A DNA stretch of 64,000 nucleotides from Eledone cirrhosa (Eukaryota): positions 320,788,001 to 320,852,000 of the forward strand of contig OZ024743.1 of NCBI GenBank assembly GCA_964016885.1, in the 5' to 3' direction. Each line of letters opens with the position of its first letter. Positions within the stretch are counted from its first letter, which is position 1. The notes below the pieces were generated by a model. That model was given only the letters and a program-made list of their open reading frames with translations. It was not told the DNA's origin and ran no database searches. This document shows, in pieces, positions 1 to 12,449 of the stretch. The translations under genes were made by a program, and so were the position numbers.

Positions 1-843
1 TGGAGGGGAAGAGCGACGACGTACTTGGAGAAACTCTAGGCGTCGACGAAAATCAACTAGCCAATCTCTTCGGAAGGACTTTCGGGCCGGGGCCTATGGA
101 GAACTTCCAGAAATCCCTGGCCTGGCAGTGCTACCGAGGAGCTTTGCCAGTTCGGGATAAACTCTACAGGCATGGAGGTGCCGTCAGCCGGGCATGTCCG
201 AGATGCGCGCAGGGCGACGAAACCGTCCTGCACGCACTCGTCCAGTGTCCGAGCATTGCTGACTTGTGGGTTTATGTCGAACACCTGCTGTCACGTGTAG
301 GACGGATCCAGCTATCAGCTGAGTCCATCGTGAGGATTGCCCCGCCTCCTTCCTTTAGCCTGGAAGGGCAGGCAGTTTTTATCTGTCTGGTGGCCATGGC
401 GGAAGAGATAGTATGGTGGACACGTTTGAAAGGGCTGAAGACGAGCACTTACCTCTTCGGTGATGCCCTGATTAACTTTTTCAAATTTCATTTGAAAAGG
501 AAAATCAGGGTAGAGAGGGAAGTGCTCTCTTCCCAGCATTTTGTTGAAAGATGGGTGAGAGAAGCAAGTATGGCCCGAATGAATGGGCCTTCTCTGAGTA
601 TGTGTCTGTAAATTAAAGGTGGAAAACTGGGAGAGGGCACTTGCCCTGGTGGTCAGGGCCACTGTGGTCTTTTAATGGGCTTTCTCCACAAATGTCCCTT
701 GGAAGTCTCCCCCCTATTGGGGAATTTTTCTTTGTTATTTTATTTCAACCTCTGTTTTTTTTTACCCATTTGTACCGTCCTGTATTGTCCTGTACTGTCC
801 TTAATGTCTACTTTATGTGAACCCTTGTGGTTAATAAAGAAAA

Positions 844-844
<1 letters not shown>
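1..844 (+). mobile_element. Tx1-type L1-clade LINE, 3' part (zf-RVT-like C-terminus + 3' UTR)
   Basis: ORF 96-611 (FQKSLAWQCYRGALPVRDKL...CPRC...ETVLHALVQC) is nearly identical to the end of the full copy at 15150-15990. AATAAA at ~833 is followed by (ATT)n. Confidence 0.85.

Positions 845-886
<42 letters not shown>
845..886. repeat. (ATT)n microsatellite shared by a Tx1 3' end and a Dong 3' end
   Basis: Direct reading. Confidence 0.95.
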
Positions 887-3800
887 TTTTTAGTCTCAGT
901 CATTGATGTTAGTTAACTGGAAAGTTTATTGAAATGAATATCAAGCCACTACCTGCAGCCTCAGGCATTCCGGACGTATCGGAGGGTTCTTGCTGTCCCC
1001 AGCAAGCATGCTTTTTGAAGCGTTCCAAAAACCGTGAAGGGGCCAATTTTCTTTAACCATCCCTGGAAACTTTTTGAGATAGTCCCTAGTGCGCCTATGA
1101 CAATCGGGATCACTTTGACTTCATGGCAGTTCCAAATCCTTTTTACCTCCCATTTTAAGTCCTGGTATCGGTTAATTTTCTCCCTCTCCTTCTCTTGCAC
1201 TCTCGTGTCGAATGGGCAGGCCACATCCACAATCAGGCACGATCTTTTTTCTTTGTCCAAAACCACCAGGTCAGGTCTATTGTGTTCCAGTTTCTTGTCC
1301 GTCTGTTTCCTAAAATCCCACAGCACCTTCACCTGATCGTTTTCTATCACCGCATCTGGCTTATGCTCATACCACTTCTCAGAATGTGGTAAATTGTTTA
1401 CTTTGCATAGGTGCCAGTGGAACACCCTGCCTATCACATCATGTCTCCAGCCCTTATAATGAGTCTGGGCTAGGTGTTTACGCTCGGATACAATGTGAGC
1501 CACAGTCTCCTCTCTCTCTCCACAGATCCGGCACAGTGGGCTAGCCTCCTTCTTGTAAATGTGGTGTTTCAACCACTTCGTTTTGAGGGCCTGCTCCTGC
1601 GCAGCCATTAACATTCCTTCTGTAGCCTTTTTAAGATCTCTCTTTTCAACCAGTTCCATGTCTGTGGATCTCTAAATTCAATTTTCTCAAAGAAGGTACT
1701 ATGAAGGGATTTTTCCTGAAGGCTGCTCTTTCTCCTTGATGTTATTTCCTCCTTGGACATCCCCTGGACTATTGTCCCCTCCTTCAGTACAGTTCTGAGC
1801 ATTGGCTCCTAACTATCAGTCACGTATATGTGTAGGTTGTTTTTCTCCATCTGAACACAGTTCTCTATTCTGATAAGACCTCTTCCACCTTCAGATCTCC
1901 TTAAGTAGAGTCTATCGACATCACTCCTCTTGTGGAACATATTGTAGATAGTCAATAGCTTCCTAGTCTTTCTATCCATTTCTTTTTGTTCAGCAACATT
2001 CCATCTCAGAATTCCCGCACTGTACCTAATAATAGACACAGCTCGGGAATTTATGCACTTATGGCATTCCTTCTGTTCAGATGTGACTTTAATACTCTCC
2101 GAAGGTTTTTCAGTTCTTACCAATTCCTTCATTTTTTTGTTCTTGATGTCATCAGCCTCCAGAACGCCCAAATACTTGTATCCTTCCTCAGAGTCAATTT
2201 CCTTTATCATCTCACGTGTTGGTACCTGGATTCCGTTACTTCTGCTCAACTTACCCCTCCTCATCACAATGACTCCACACTTACTAATACGAAATTGCAT
2301 ACATATATTATTGCTGAAAATACGAACAGTGTCAACAAGCACATCCAACTCCTTCTCACTCTTCCCGAAGAGCTTAAGATCGTCCATGAAGAGGAGGTGA
2401 TTGATGGTAAGCCCTCCCTTTCCCAACCTGTATCCTGCTCTCACTTTTCGCAGTACACTGTTCAGGGGCATCAGGGCAAGGACAAACAACAGAAGGGACA
2501 GACTATCTCCCTGGAAGATACCTCTCTTGATCTTCACGCTTTCCAAGGATTCTCCAGTTGATGTTAACTCTGTTTCGCAGGACTTCATACTTTTGCCCAA
2601 CAACTGTCTGATGTTATCTGCCACCTTGAAGATCTCCAGGCTTTTGGTGATCCAAGAATGAGGCACCATGTCAAATGCCTTTTTGTAGTCTATCCATCCC
2701 ATGGCAAGACCAGTGTGTCTCCTCTTGCAATTCCTCATTTCCATCTTATCAATAAGTAACTGGTCCTTTGTACCACGTGACTTCTTTCGGCATCTTTTCT
2801 GTTCGTCTTGTAACAAGTTGTTTGTGTGGAGGTGATATTAGATTTCCTCAGACATAATGCCTGTCAACAGTTTCCACATTACGGACAGACATGTGATAGG
2901 TCTATAGTTGGTAACATCATTACCCTTGATTCGGTCTTTCATTATCAGAACTGTGGTACCTTTTGTCAACCACTCTGGTACCTCACCTGACATCAAGCAG
3001 CCATTGAACATGGTTGTCAGTTTCGGGTGGAGGGATGTTATGTTTTTAATCCAATACCCTTGCACACCATCTGGGCCAGGTGATTTCCAGTTGGTTAGTT
3101 TTTTGGCCTGCCCCTTAAGAGTTTCAACTGTGATACTCAAATCAGTTTGTTGGTGTGCCTGTTCACTTATCTCCTTTTGTACTGTCTCTATCCACACTGC
3201 CTGGTCATTATGTTTAACATCCTGCTCCCATATTCCCCTCCAGAATGTTTTAGTTTGTTCCGCCCCAGGGATCAAGTCGTTGCCTTTTTCTTTCCCCTCA
3301 AGCTGTCCAAACAGCATCTTCTTGTTGTTGTCGAACATGCGGTTCTGTCTATACTGGCTGACGCTGTTCTCGTATCGCCTGATTTTTGCACTCTTTACTA
3401 CAATGCGTTGCTTCAGTTCCTCTGTGATAATATTTAGCTTTTTCCTCCTAGTTTTGTACTTTATTTCCAGTCTATTTTTAGTGTCTATGTTTTTTAGTGT
3501 CCCATTCAGTAGGGACTCAATCTTTCCAATGTCATTTCTCATTTCCCTGATTTGACCACTCAGTCGTTTCTTCCACCAAGGCTCTGCTCTTGCTTGTCTG
3601 TTGTTTCCTCTCGCTTTTATACCAAGTAGTTTCCTCAGCGTATTTGCTGTTGCTTTGAGGATATTGTTGCACTGGTGAAGGCTCCTCGCCTTAAGGTATG
3701 GGATGACTTTGTTTACCTTAGCTGTTGTTTCTTTTAACTTTTTCCTGTCTACAAATCTTAGGTTTATAGGTCTCCCACTATCATTGTTCAATTCATCTAC

Positions 3801-4505
3801 CACTAAGTTTAGGATATCTACCAAATCTTGTTCTAGCCCGTCAGCATTCATCTCCTCAGTGGCCGTATCTCTGTTCCAGGTATTATTTATTTCAGCATTC
3901 AGATCATTGTCTGTTTCGGGTGGTTCCTCCGTTCTCTCGACCTCTTCACCTTCATTTCCCACTGGCTCGTTTGCCTGGCATACTCCAACCTCCATCTCCA
4001 AGCTAATCTCTCTGCTCAGTTCCTCCAGTTCCAGCTCGCTTATCCACCCATTAGTTCTTATTACCCGAGCCTGCCCGGCCAGTTTTTGTTCATCTAATTT
4101 AAATGGACCAATCTCGTTCCCGATGTTATGCATCCTTTTCCTATAGCCTTTCTCCTTGGGGTTACTCTTCAGGTAACATTGCATAACAGTTATATTCAAT
4201 TCTTTCGTCCAGTTGGTTCTGGTCCCTTTCCTTCTTCTTCTTCCTCCGACACCAGCAGTATTTGGTTGACAGCCAGGTCCCTGCTGCTGAGCCAGGGAGC
4301 ACCTGTTGGGTGAGAGTCTGTCACATGACATTCTAGTCTCCATTTCACCGTTATTCGAACTGTTTAGGTTCGACATTTAAACACTCTTATCGAGGATTGG
4401 CGAATGTATGGTTACATAACCACCGGTGAATTACTTGTCTCCGGTGGTTTCGTCACTCCACGTGACTTTTGTGTGGCATTATCACGCTGTAGACGAACCC
4501 AAATA
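887..4505 (-). mobile_element. Dong/R4-clade non-LTR retrotransposon, near full length, ORF broken by stops/frameshifts
   Basis: ORF pieces 2838-4376, 1809-2816, 961-1659. N-terminal WT..N..VM.CY....P...GYRKRMH / EQ.LA.Q.R.I motif, RT ([28 protein letters not shown]), CCHC-like CRIC..EETVAHIVS, RLE RPD..D..KINRY. The 3' end has AATAAA then (TAA)n. Confidence 0.9.
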
Positions 4506-4706
4506 AACAAACAAACAAACAGGCAGAAAAAACACCCAAAATGAATAAGCATAAGTTTCATTGTAATATAGTGTCTGAATGTCTGACTTAGTTTTTCCCT
4601 TCCCTTCTCTGTCCGTCCGTTTGTTTTTCTCTTCATTTTTATTTCCTTTACGTTTTTCGTTGTTGCTGTGCTGCTTTTATTTTTATTTTTTTTTTATTTT
4701 TATTTC

Positions 4707-5564
4707 GACCGGGTCATCAAATCAGTCTATTTATATATTTTGATGCCTTCCTCTTTTAGTGAGAATTCTTCAATGTAGCGGGAGCTAGCGAGAGAGAATA
4801 GCGGCGGTAGTGACAATGAGGCAGCGGCGGCGGCGGCGATGGCGGTGCTGTGCCAGCAGCAATTAGCAGGAGGTAGTGGGAGAGAATAGCGGTGGTAGCG
4901 ATAATGAGGCACAGGCGGTGGCGATGTGGTCGTATTACTGTAGCGATGGTGTTGAAGATGGAGTAGAAATTTGAGTCGACTTGATCAGAGTTTTCATCGT
5001 GGTAGTGGTGGTGGTATTGGTGGTGAAATTATCTTTAGTGAAATTATCATTAGTCGCGTATATGTGATGACATATTTTTCTTAATATTGGAATTAAACAT
5101 TTTGTTAAAACTAAAACTTGATTTTGATTATTGTTTTTTTTTTTATTTTGACCGGGTCATCAATTCAGTCTATTTATATATTTTGATGTTTTCCTCTTTT
5201 AGTGGGAATTCTACAACGTAGCAGGGGGTAGCGGGTGAGAATAGCGGCGGTAGTGATATTAAGGCAGCGGCGACGGTGGTGGTGGCGGTGCTGTGCTAGC
5301 AGCAACTAGCAGGAGGTAGTGGGAGAGAATAGCGGCGGTAGCGATAGTGAGGCAGCGGTGGTGGTGATGTGGTCGTATTACTGTAGCGATAGTGTTGAAG
5401 TTGGAGTAGAAATTTGAGTCGACTTGACCAGAGTTTTCATCGTGGTAGCGGGGGTGGTATTGGTGGTGAAATTATATTTAGTGAAATTATCGTTAGTCGC
5501 GTATATGTGTTGACATATTTTTCTTAATATTGGAATTAAACATTTTGTTAAAACTAAAACTTGA
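4707..5564. repeat. Tandem duplication of a ~443-bp GGC/GGT-rich unit (2 copies)
   Basis: GACCGGGTCATCAA starts at ~4707 and ~5150; both units end in AAAACTAAAACTTGA. Confidence 0.8.
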
Positions 5565-6010
5565 GGCAATAGTAATAGTAATTATTATTATTATGCTGAG
5601 ATTGGTGGTGGTGGTGAAATTGCCGTTATCTGGTTGTTGTGTTTAGTGTACACAGAGGGGTGATGGGGTAGGTGGAGTATCTAGTTTCTGATGTTGGTGA
5701 AATTGCTGTTATTTGGCTGTTCTATATAGTGTAGACAGAGGGGGTTTTATTCCATTTATAACCATTTTCTATTTTGAATATAAAATGTATAATACAAAAT
5801 TGAATATTTGAGCGATATAACAATATATTCTGGATCCGAATTTTTTGGAATCCAAGCTGGATGTTTTATGCAACATTTGTACTAAGAATTGTTATTTCAC
5901 AATTGATTTAATTATGCTAAAAAATCAAAACTTACGGGAGCGATGTCTCGACCTTCTATCCACCATGTGTGTCTTCTTCCCTATTATTATTATTATTATT
6001 ATTATTATTA

Positions 6011-8642
6011 CAGTTGCATTTATCTTCCTTTATGTTCATACGAGTTATCACCAAGTCACAACCAGTGACCTCAAGAGACAACAAGGTCCGCCATGTTCAA
6101 GGAAGAACATACATACTCACACATGCATCTTTAGTGTTTAGACTTGTGATGTATTTATATTGACAGAATCTTCCTTAGTATATGGGCAGTTCCCATTAGT
6201 ACTATCTTTTGTATTTCTCCTATACGCGGGTTTCCTGGGATTTGCGATAATTAATCATTAGAGCCCTTAGGTATCATTCCCAGAGCGCCTACAACCACTG
6301 GTATTGTTTTAGTTCTCAATTTCCACATTTTTCCAATTTCTATCTCCTGGTCCTTATACTTGCTCAATTTTTCAAATGTTTTTATAGATACATTCTTGTC
6401 TATTGGAACAGAAATATCAATTAGAAGACATGCCCTCTTTTTAAAGTCCTTCAATATTATATCAGGGCTATTTGCATCTATTTTTCCGTCTGTTTGGATG
6501 CTAAAGTTCCACAAGATTGAGATGTGATCTTTTTCAAGTATGGGAGGTGGTTGATGCTCCCACCAATTCTTTTGATGGGGCAGGTCAAAATGCTTACACA
6601 TTATCCAATGTATGTATTGTGCAGCTCTGTCATGCCTGTTTAGGTATTCGGTTGGAGCTATAGGACTGCACATTGAAATTATATGGTCAATGGTCTCTGG
6701 TTGTTTTTTGCATACACGGCAGAATGGGCTGCATCCATTTTTTATTATGTTGGCTTGGTAATTTTTTGTTGGCAGACACTGATCTTGTGCTGATATAATC
6801 AGTCCTTCAGTCTCCGATTTCAGTCCAGAGGATGCCAACCACTGATGGGTTAAAGTTTTGTCAACATCAGGATTGTTAGCTCGCTCTGGGTATTTTCCAT
6901 ACAGAGGCTTTTCTTGCCATTTCTTAGCCAGTTTCTGTAGCAGTTCTTTCTTTGCAGTTACTTTTACCTGCTTTGCTTTTTCTGTGTTTTCCATTTCAGC
7001 AGTAAATGGGACTTCTGAAATTTGTAGTCCATTACTGTATCTTTGTGCATCTTTTGTAATGGAATATGATCTTTTGATGCTTTCGTGTTTCAAAACGAGT
7101 TTGATCATCCAATCATGTGATTCCTTTAGATATGTAGATAATCCAATTGTTGCAGTTTTCAACGCAATGTCTAACTGGATTAACCCACGTCCTCCTTCTT
7201 TCCTAGGGAGATATATTCTATCTATATCTGCCTTAGGGTGATGCATTCTGTGCATGGTTAAGAATTTTCGAATTTTTGTATCGAGCCTACGGATCTCTGT
7301 GCTTGACCAGTTGATGACATTGTAACTGTAGGTTACTACTGGTATGGCAAGCGTGTTTATGGCATCGATCCTATTCCATGCATTCAATTCCGTTCTTAAG
7401 ATTGCTCTTACTCTGCGGTAACATTCCTTCCTTATCCTTTCCCTCATTGTCGAGTGCTTGATTCCGTCTCCTTCACAAACACCTAGATATTTGTAAGTTT
7501 TTTCTTGATCAAGTTCTCTTATCACGTTCCCCCGATCAAGATTAATGTCTGAACTCTTCAGCAGCTTTCCTCTGGTGAACGTTGCTTTGGCGAATTTATC
7601 TAGTCCAAACTCCATTTTAATGTCATCACTGAACTGCTCCACAGTGGATAATAGCCCTTGCAATTGTTCATCATTTTTTGCAAATAGTTTCAGGTCATCC
7701 ATGTAGAACAAGTGATTAATGGTTTTGTCATAGACTGTATATCCATGTTTTGTTTCATTAAGCATTTTACTTAATGGTATAAGTGCGATGCAGAATAAAA
7801 GCGGTGATAAAGAGTCACCCTGAAAAATTCCACAATTAATATTAACTTCTCCAGCTTCCAGTGATTTTGTTTCACTATTCAAAAGGAGTGTCGTTATCCA
7901 TGTCTTCATACTGAATGACAAAAACCTCCTGACAACGGTGGATATTTTGAAAATCTCTAAACATTTTTCAATCCAACTGTGTGGCAAACTATCGAATGCT
8001 TTTTTATAATCTATCCAAGCAATCGATAGATTTTTGTGTCTATTATGACAATCTTCCAGTATCATTTTGTTAACCAAAAGGTGATCCTTACAGCCATATG
8101 AGCCTCGTTTACACCCTTTCTGCTCAATGGGAAATAGGTCATTTGTTATCAGGTGGTCATATGTGTATTCAGTTAGGACTGATGTTAAAATTTTATACAT
8201 TGTGGTCAAGCAAATTATCGGTCTGTAATTTTTGGGATTGTTTGTCTCATCATTCTTCGGAAGCAGGAATGTAATGCCGTTAACTAGCCATGATGGTATC
8301 TTTTCTGGCTCCTTAACTATTTCATTGTAAATTTGGGCTAACAGCTCATGAGACTCTGTGAAGGCATTTATCCAAAAATTTTGTATTTTGTCTTTTCCTC
8401 GGGATTTCCATTTGCTGGTTTTTCTTAGAGACAAGCGCAACTGTTCAACTGTTATATTTTCCCATATTTGTTCCTCAAGTTGAGTTGTATCTTTCATTTG
8501 TCTGTCTATCCATGGGGCATGTATGTTATGAACTTTTTCTTCGGCCCAGATCTTTTCCCAGAATTCTTGCACTTCCTCCTTGGGTGGTATTGATTTAGCA
8601 GTTATTGTTGACTTACTAATTTTTCCGTAGAAGTTTCTTTGG
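6011..8642 (-). mobile_element. Dong/R4-clade LINE, second subfamily, 5'-truncated, 773-aa RT-CCHC-RLE ORF
   Basis: ORF 6251-8572 has FYMDD, CRVC...ETIDHIISMC and SPDI..D...KLSKY. Bracketed by (TAT)n at 5982-6010 and 8643-8670. Confidence 0.9.
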
Positions 8643-8670
8643 TTATTATTATTATTATTATTATTATTAT

Positions 8671-10162
8671 ACGGTCACGTATTTGTGCAGGTTGTTTTTC
8701 TCCATCTGAACAGTCCTCTATGCTGATAAGACCTCTTCCACCTTCAGATCTCTTTAAGTAGAGTCTACCGACATCACTCCTCTTGTGGAACATGTTGTAG
8801 ATAGTCAATAGCTTCCTAGTCTATCCATTTCTTTTTGTTCAGCAACATTCCATTTCAGAATTCCAGCACTGTACCTAATAATAGACACAGCTCGGGAATT
8901 CACTGCACTTATGACATTCCTACTATTTAGACGTAATTTTAATACGCTCCTTACTCTCCTAATGTACTCAGATCTTACCAATTCCTTCATCTTTTTGTTC
9001 TTGGTGTCATCTGCCTCCAGAACACCTAAATATTTGTATCCTTCTTCAGTGTCAATTTCCTTTATCATCTCACCTGTTGGTACCTGGATTCCGTTGCTTC
9101 TGCTCAATTTATCCCTCCTCATCACTAGGACTCCACACTTATTAATACCAAATTCCATGAAAATACGAACAGTGTCAACAAGTACATCCAACTCGTTCTT
9201 ACTCTTCCAAAAGAGTTTAAGATCGTCCATGAAGAGAAGGTGGTTGATGATAAGCTCTCCTTTTCCCAACTTGTATCCTGCTCTCAATTTTCGCAATATA
9301 ATGGTCAGGGATATCAGGGCAAGGACAAACAACAGAGGGGACAGACTATAACCCTGGAAGATACCTCTCTTGATCTTCACGCCTCCCAAGGATTCTCCAC
9401 CCGATGTTAATTCTGTTTCCCAGGACTTCATACTTTTGCTCAACAACTGTCCGATGTTATCTGCCACTTTGAAGATCTCTAGGCTTTTGGTTATCCAAGA
9501 ATGAGGTACCATGTCGAATGCCTTTTTGTAGTCTATCCATCCCCTGGCAAGACCAGTGTGTCTCCTCTTGCAATTCCCCATTACCATCTTATCAATAAGT
9601 AGCTGGTCTTTTGTACCACGGGACTTCTTTCGGCATCTTTTCTGTTCTTCCGGTAACAAGTTGTTTGTGTGGAGGTGATGGTAGATTTCTTCAGACACAA
9701 TGCTTGTTAACAGTTTCCACATAACGGATAGACATGTGATAGGTCTATAGTTGGTAACATCATTACCCTTGATTCGGTCTTTCATTACCAGGACTGTGGT
9801 ACCCTTTGTCAACCACTCTGGTACCTCACCCGACATCAAGCAGTCATTGAACATGGTTGTCAGTTTCAGGTGGAGGGATGTTATATTTTTAATCCAATAC
9901 CCATGCACACCATCTGGGCCTAGTGATTTCCAGTTGGTTAGTTTTCCCGCCTGTCCTTTAAGAGTTTTAACTGCGATACTTAAATCAGTTTGTTGGTGTG
10001 CTTGTTTTGTACTGTCTCAATCCACACTGCTTCTTCATTATGTTCAAAATCCTGCTACCATATTCCTCTCCAGAATGTCTTAGTCTGTACCGCCTTAGGT
10101 ATCAAGTCGTTGCCTCTTTCTTTCCCTTCAAGCTGCCCAAACAACATCTTCTGGTTGTTGTC
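8671..10162 (-). mobile_element. Dong/R4 internal fragment (same subfamily as 887-4505)
   Basis: Closely matches ~1815-3330. RT ORF 8805-9908. (ATT)n on both sides. Confidence 0.88.
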
Positions 10163-10485
10163 ATTATTATTATTATTATTATTGAATACCATGGTTGGCG
10201 GAGGCTCGGTTCTGTAAGGTATAGTAATTTTTAACCGCTATAACAATTGTAAATTGTTTAAAACTTGAACCAAATTGTAGATAAAAACACACTCCTCTTC
10301 GTGAGAGGGGTCTTTCTGTCCGTTATTTGGCCCTTCGGGGTTAAATAACCGCTTATTGGGGTGTTGTACCCAATATTCATTTTAAACCGTAAAAAAAAAA
10401 CAGGGCTACAAAAAATAATTTTCACAAGTCACTCCCACTCTTTCCGTCTTCTTCTTCCTCAATCGTCATTGCATCAGAGAGAAGA

Positions 10486-10773
10486 TTGTCTCTCTCCCTC
10501 CCTTCTCTAAATGTGGTGTCGCCTCTTTCGCAAGCAACGCCATTAAAGAAAAGTATAGTTTCTGGTAGCTTTCACCAAGAGAACGGGCATACCGTGAAAC
10601 ATTTCTCCACGACGACGACGACGACGACGAAAATTGTGTGCGGTAAATACGGAAAGCCATTTCATTCGTCTGACGTCATGAAGAATAGCAGCAGCAGCCA
10701 TATTAACAGCAGCAGCAGCAACAGTGACAAGGAAAACACTAGTAGCAGCCGCAACAACAGCAGCAGCAGCATA

Positions 10774-10804
<31 letters not shown>

Positions 10805-11970
10805 ACAACAGCAACAGCAGCAACAACGACCACAGCAACAGCGGCGGCGACGGTCGTAGTACCAGCAGCAACAACAAAAGTAACAGCAGCTCTGACGACA
10901 ACAACAACAACAACAAGAAAGAAAAACCAATCTCGTTTGCAGGTATCGCAAAGAACCTGGAAACCATCGTTATAACAAATGGGGAATTACAGGAAGCAAA
11001 GAAGATGGTAACGAAAACCGGACACCGAGCAATCTGCAAGGCAGCCGAAAAACTTTTCGAAACCCAACAGCACTATACGGTCACGTACCATAGAGTAAAC
11101 ACAAAATCACGTAGGGTTGAAAGAGCCACAGAGGCTCAAATACAAAAAGCCTTAGGGTCTGTGTGGCAGCGGAAAACGTATATCACCCGAGGCAAGATAT
11201 ATGCCACCGTGGACGTGCTTATTGCCACAGCCCAGGAGGCAAAGGCTCAATCCTTAGTGACCCTAAGGAGCGAGGAAATGGTGTTGGTGCCCTCCTACTG
11301 CGGACAAAAAATTGTGAGGGTCAAACTGACCCCCCCCCCCCCCCACGGGATGGCCCCTTCTTGGCTGGCCGCGTCTGTCCTCCTCGGAATCGAGGACAAA
11401 ACAACTATACTGTAAGTACAGAAAAAAGTACGAGAAGTTTGGGTCGGCACCTCCATTGAGATGTTAATTCAAACCAACCAGGAGTGCATCGAAGCTATCC
11501 CGGATGTGATAGACTTCGATAACGCCACTCAACTTCCCATAAGTGTTGAGGGCAAACGCCCGAAATGTTTAGGCTGTGGGTCGAAGACTCACCTCAGGGC
11601 CTTCTGCAATGAGAAGACCCTGAGAAAGGAGAAAACCCCCCTCCTTCCGAAACCGGCTCCACTGCTACCAGCAACAGGACAAGCGGCAACCAGGAACGAT
11701 AGGTCCGTGGTACCCATACCCACGCCACGGAAATCAAGAACAGCAGCAGCAGTGGAAGTATTAACAACAACAACAATAATACCAACTGCAGCTGCAACAG
11801 AGACGCCACTGCGATCATCACCAACAAGAACAAGTAAAAGAGTGGAGCTCGTACCCCTCCCCGACCTCACAGAATCGGACATAGAGTGTGAAGTGGGAGA
11901 GGGATGGCAAAAGATCGCAAGAAGGCACAAACGCAGAAGCAGCGCATCGTCGCCTTCGAAAATGGAGTGA
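10486..11970 (+). pseudogene. Tx1 ORF1 (gag-like, zinc knuckle), interrupted by a stop
   Basis: Ser/Asn-rich N-terminus, SFAGIA motif, and VEGKRPKCLGCGSKTHLRAFC (CX2CX4HX4C). In-frame stop at ~11413. Confidence 0.75.
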
Positions 11971-12449
11971 AGAAATAAAAAAAGGGTAAAGGCTACTGCA
12001 AAGAGACTTACAGCAGCAACACCACCAGCACCATCACCACCGGTGGCAACCCCACCACCACCAACAACAACAACACCTTCAACACCACCACCACAAGCAC
12101 AAACATCGCAAACACAACAACAAAACACACACGTCCAGTAACAACGACAAGAAAATAGCAGAACCACACCCCACCCCCAGAAAAAGAAATGCACATCAAT
12201 AAATACACACAACAAGAAACTAATGATTTACATAATTGAACACACAGACATTTCACAGCACGACTACATAATACCAGCACCAATCAAAACACCAACGAAC
12301 ATAAGACTGGTAAGAATATCACAGAAACAATACAAAAACATTAAAATAAGGCGGGACACTCAACCGGAGAGTATATTCGGATATACTCACAGAAGGGCCG
12401 ACGACCAGCCAAAGGGACGATTCAACGGTGCCTTCACCAGACGATCAAC

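Noticed and set aside
4700-4725. TTGATGA-CCCGGTC-GAAA on minus as a hammerhead
   Set aside because: No workable stem II or stem I, and the second tandem copy lacks GAAA.
10610-10920. Poly-Ser/Asn/Thr and antisense poly-Leu/Cys ORFs
   Set aside because: CAG/CAA/ACG trinucleotide low-complexity sequence inside Tx1 ORF1.
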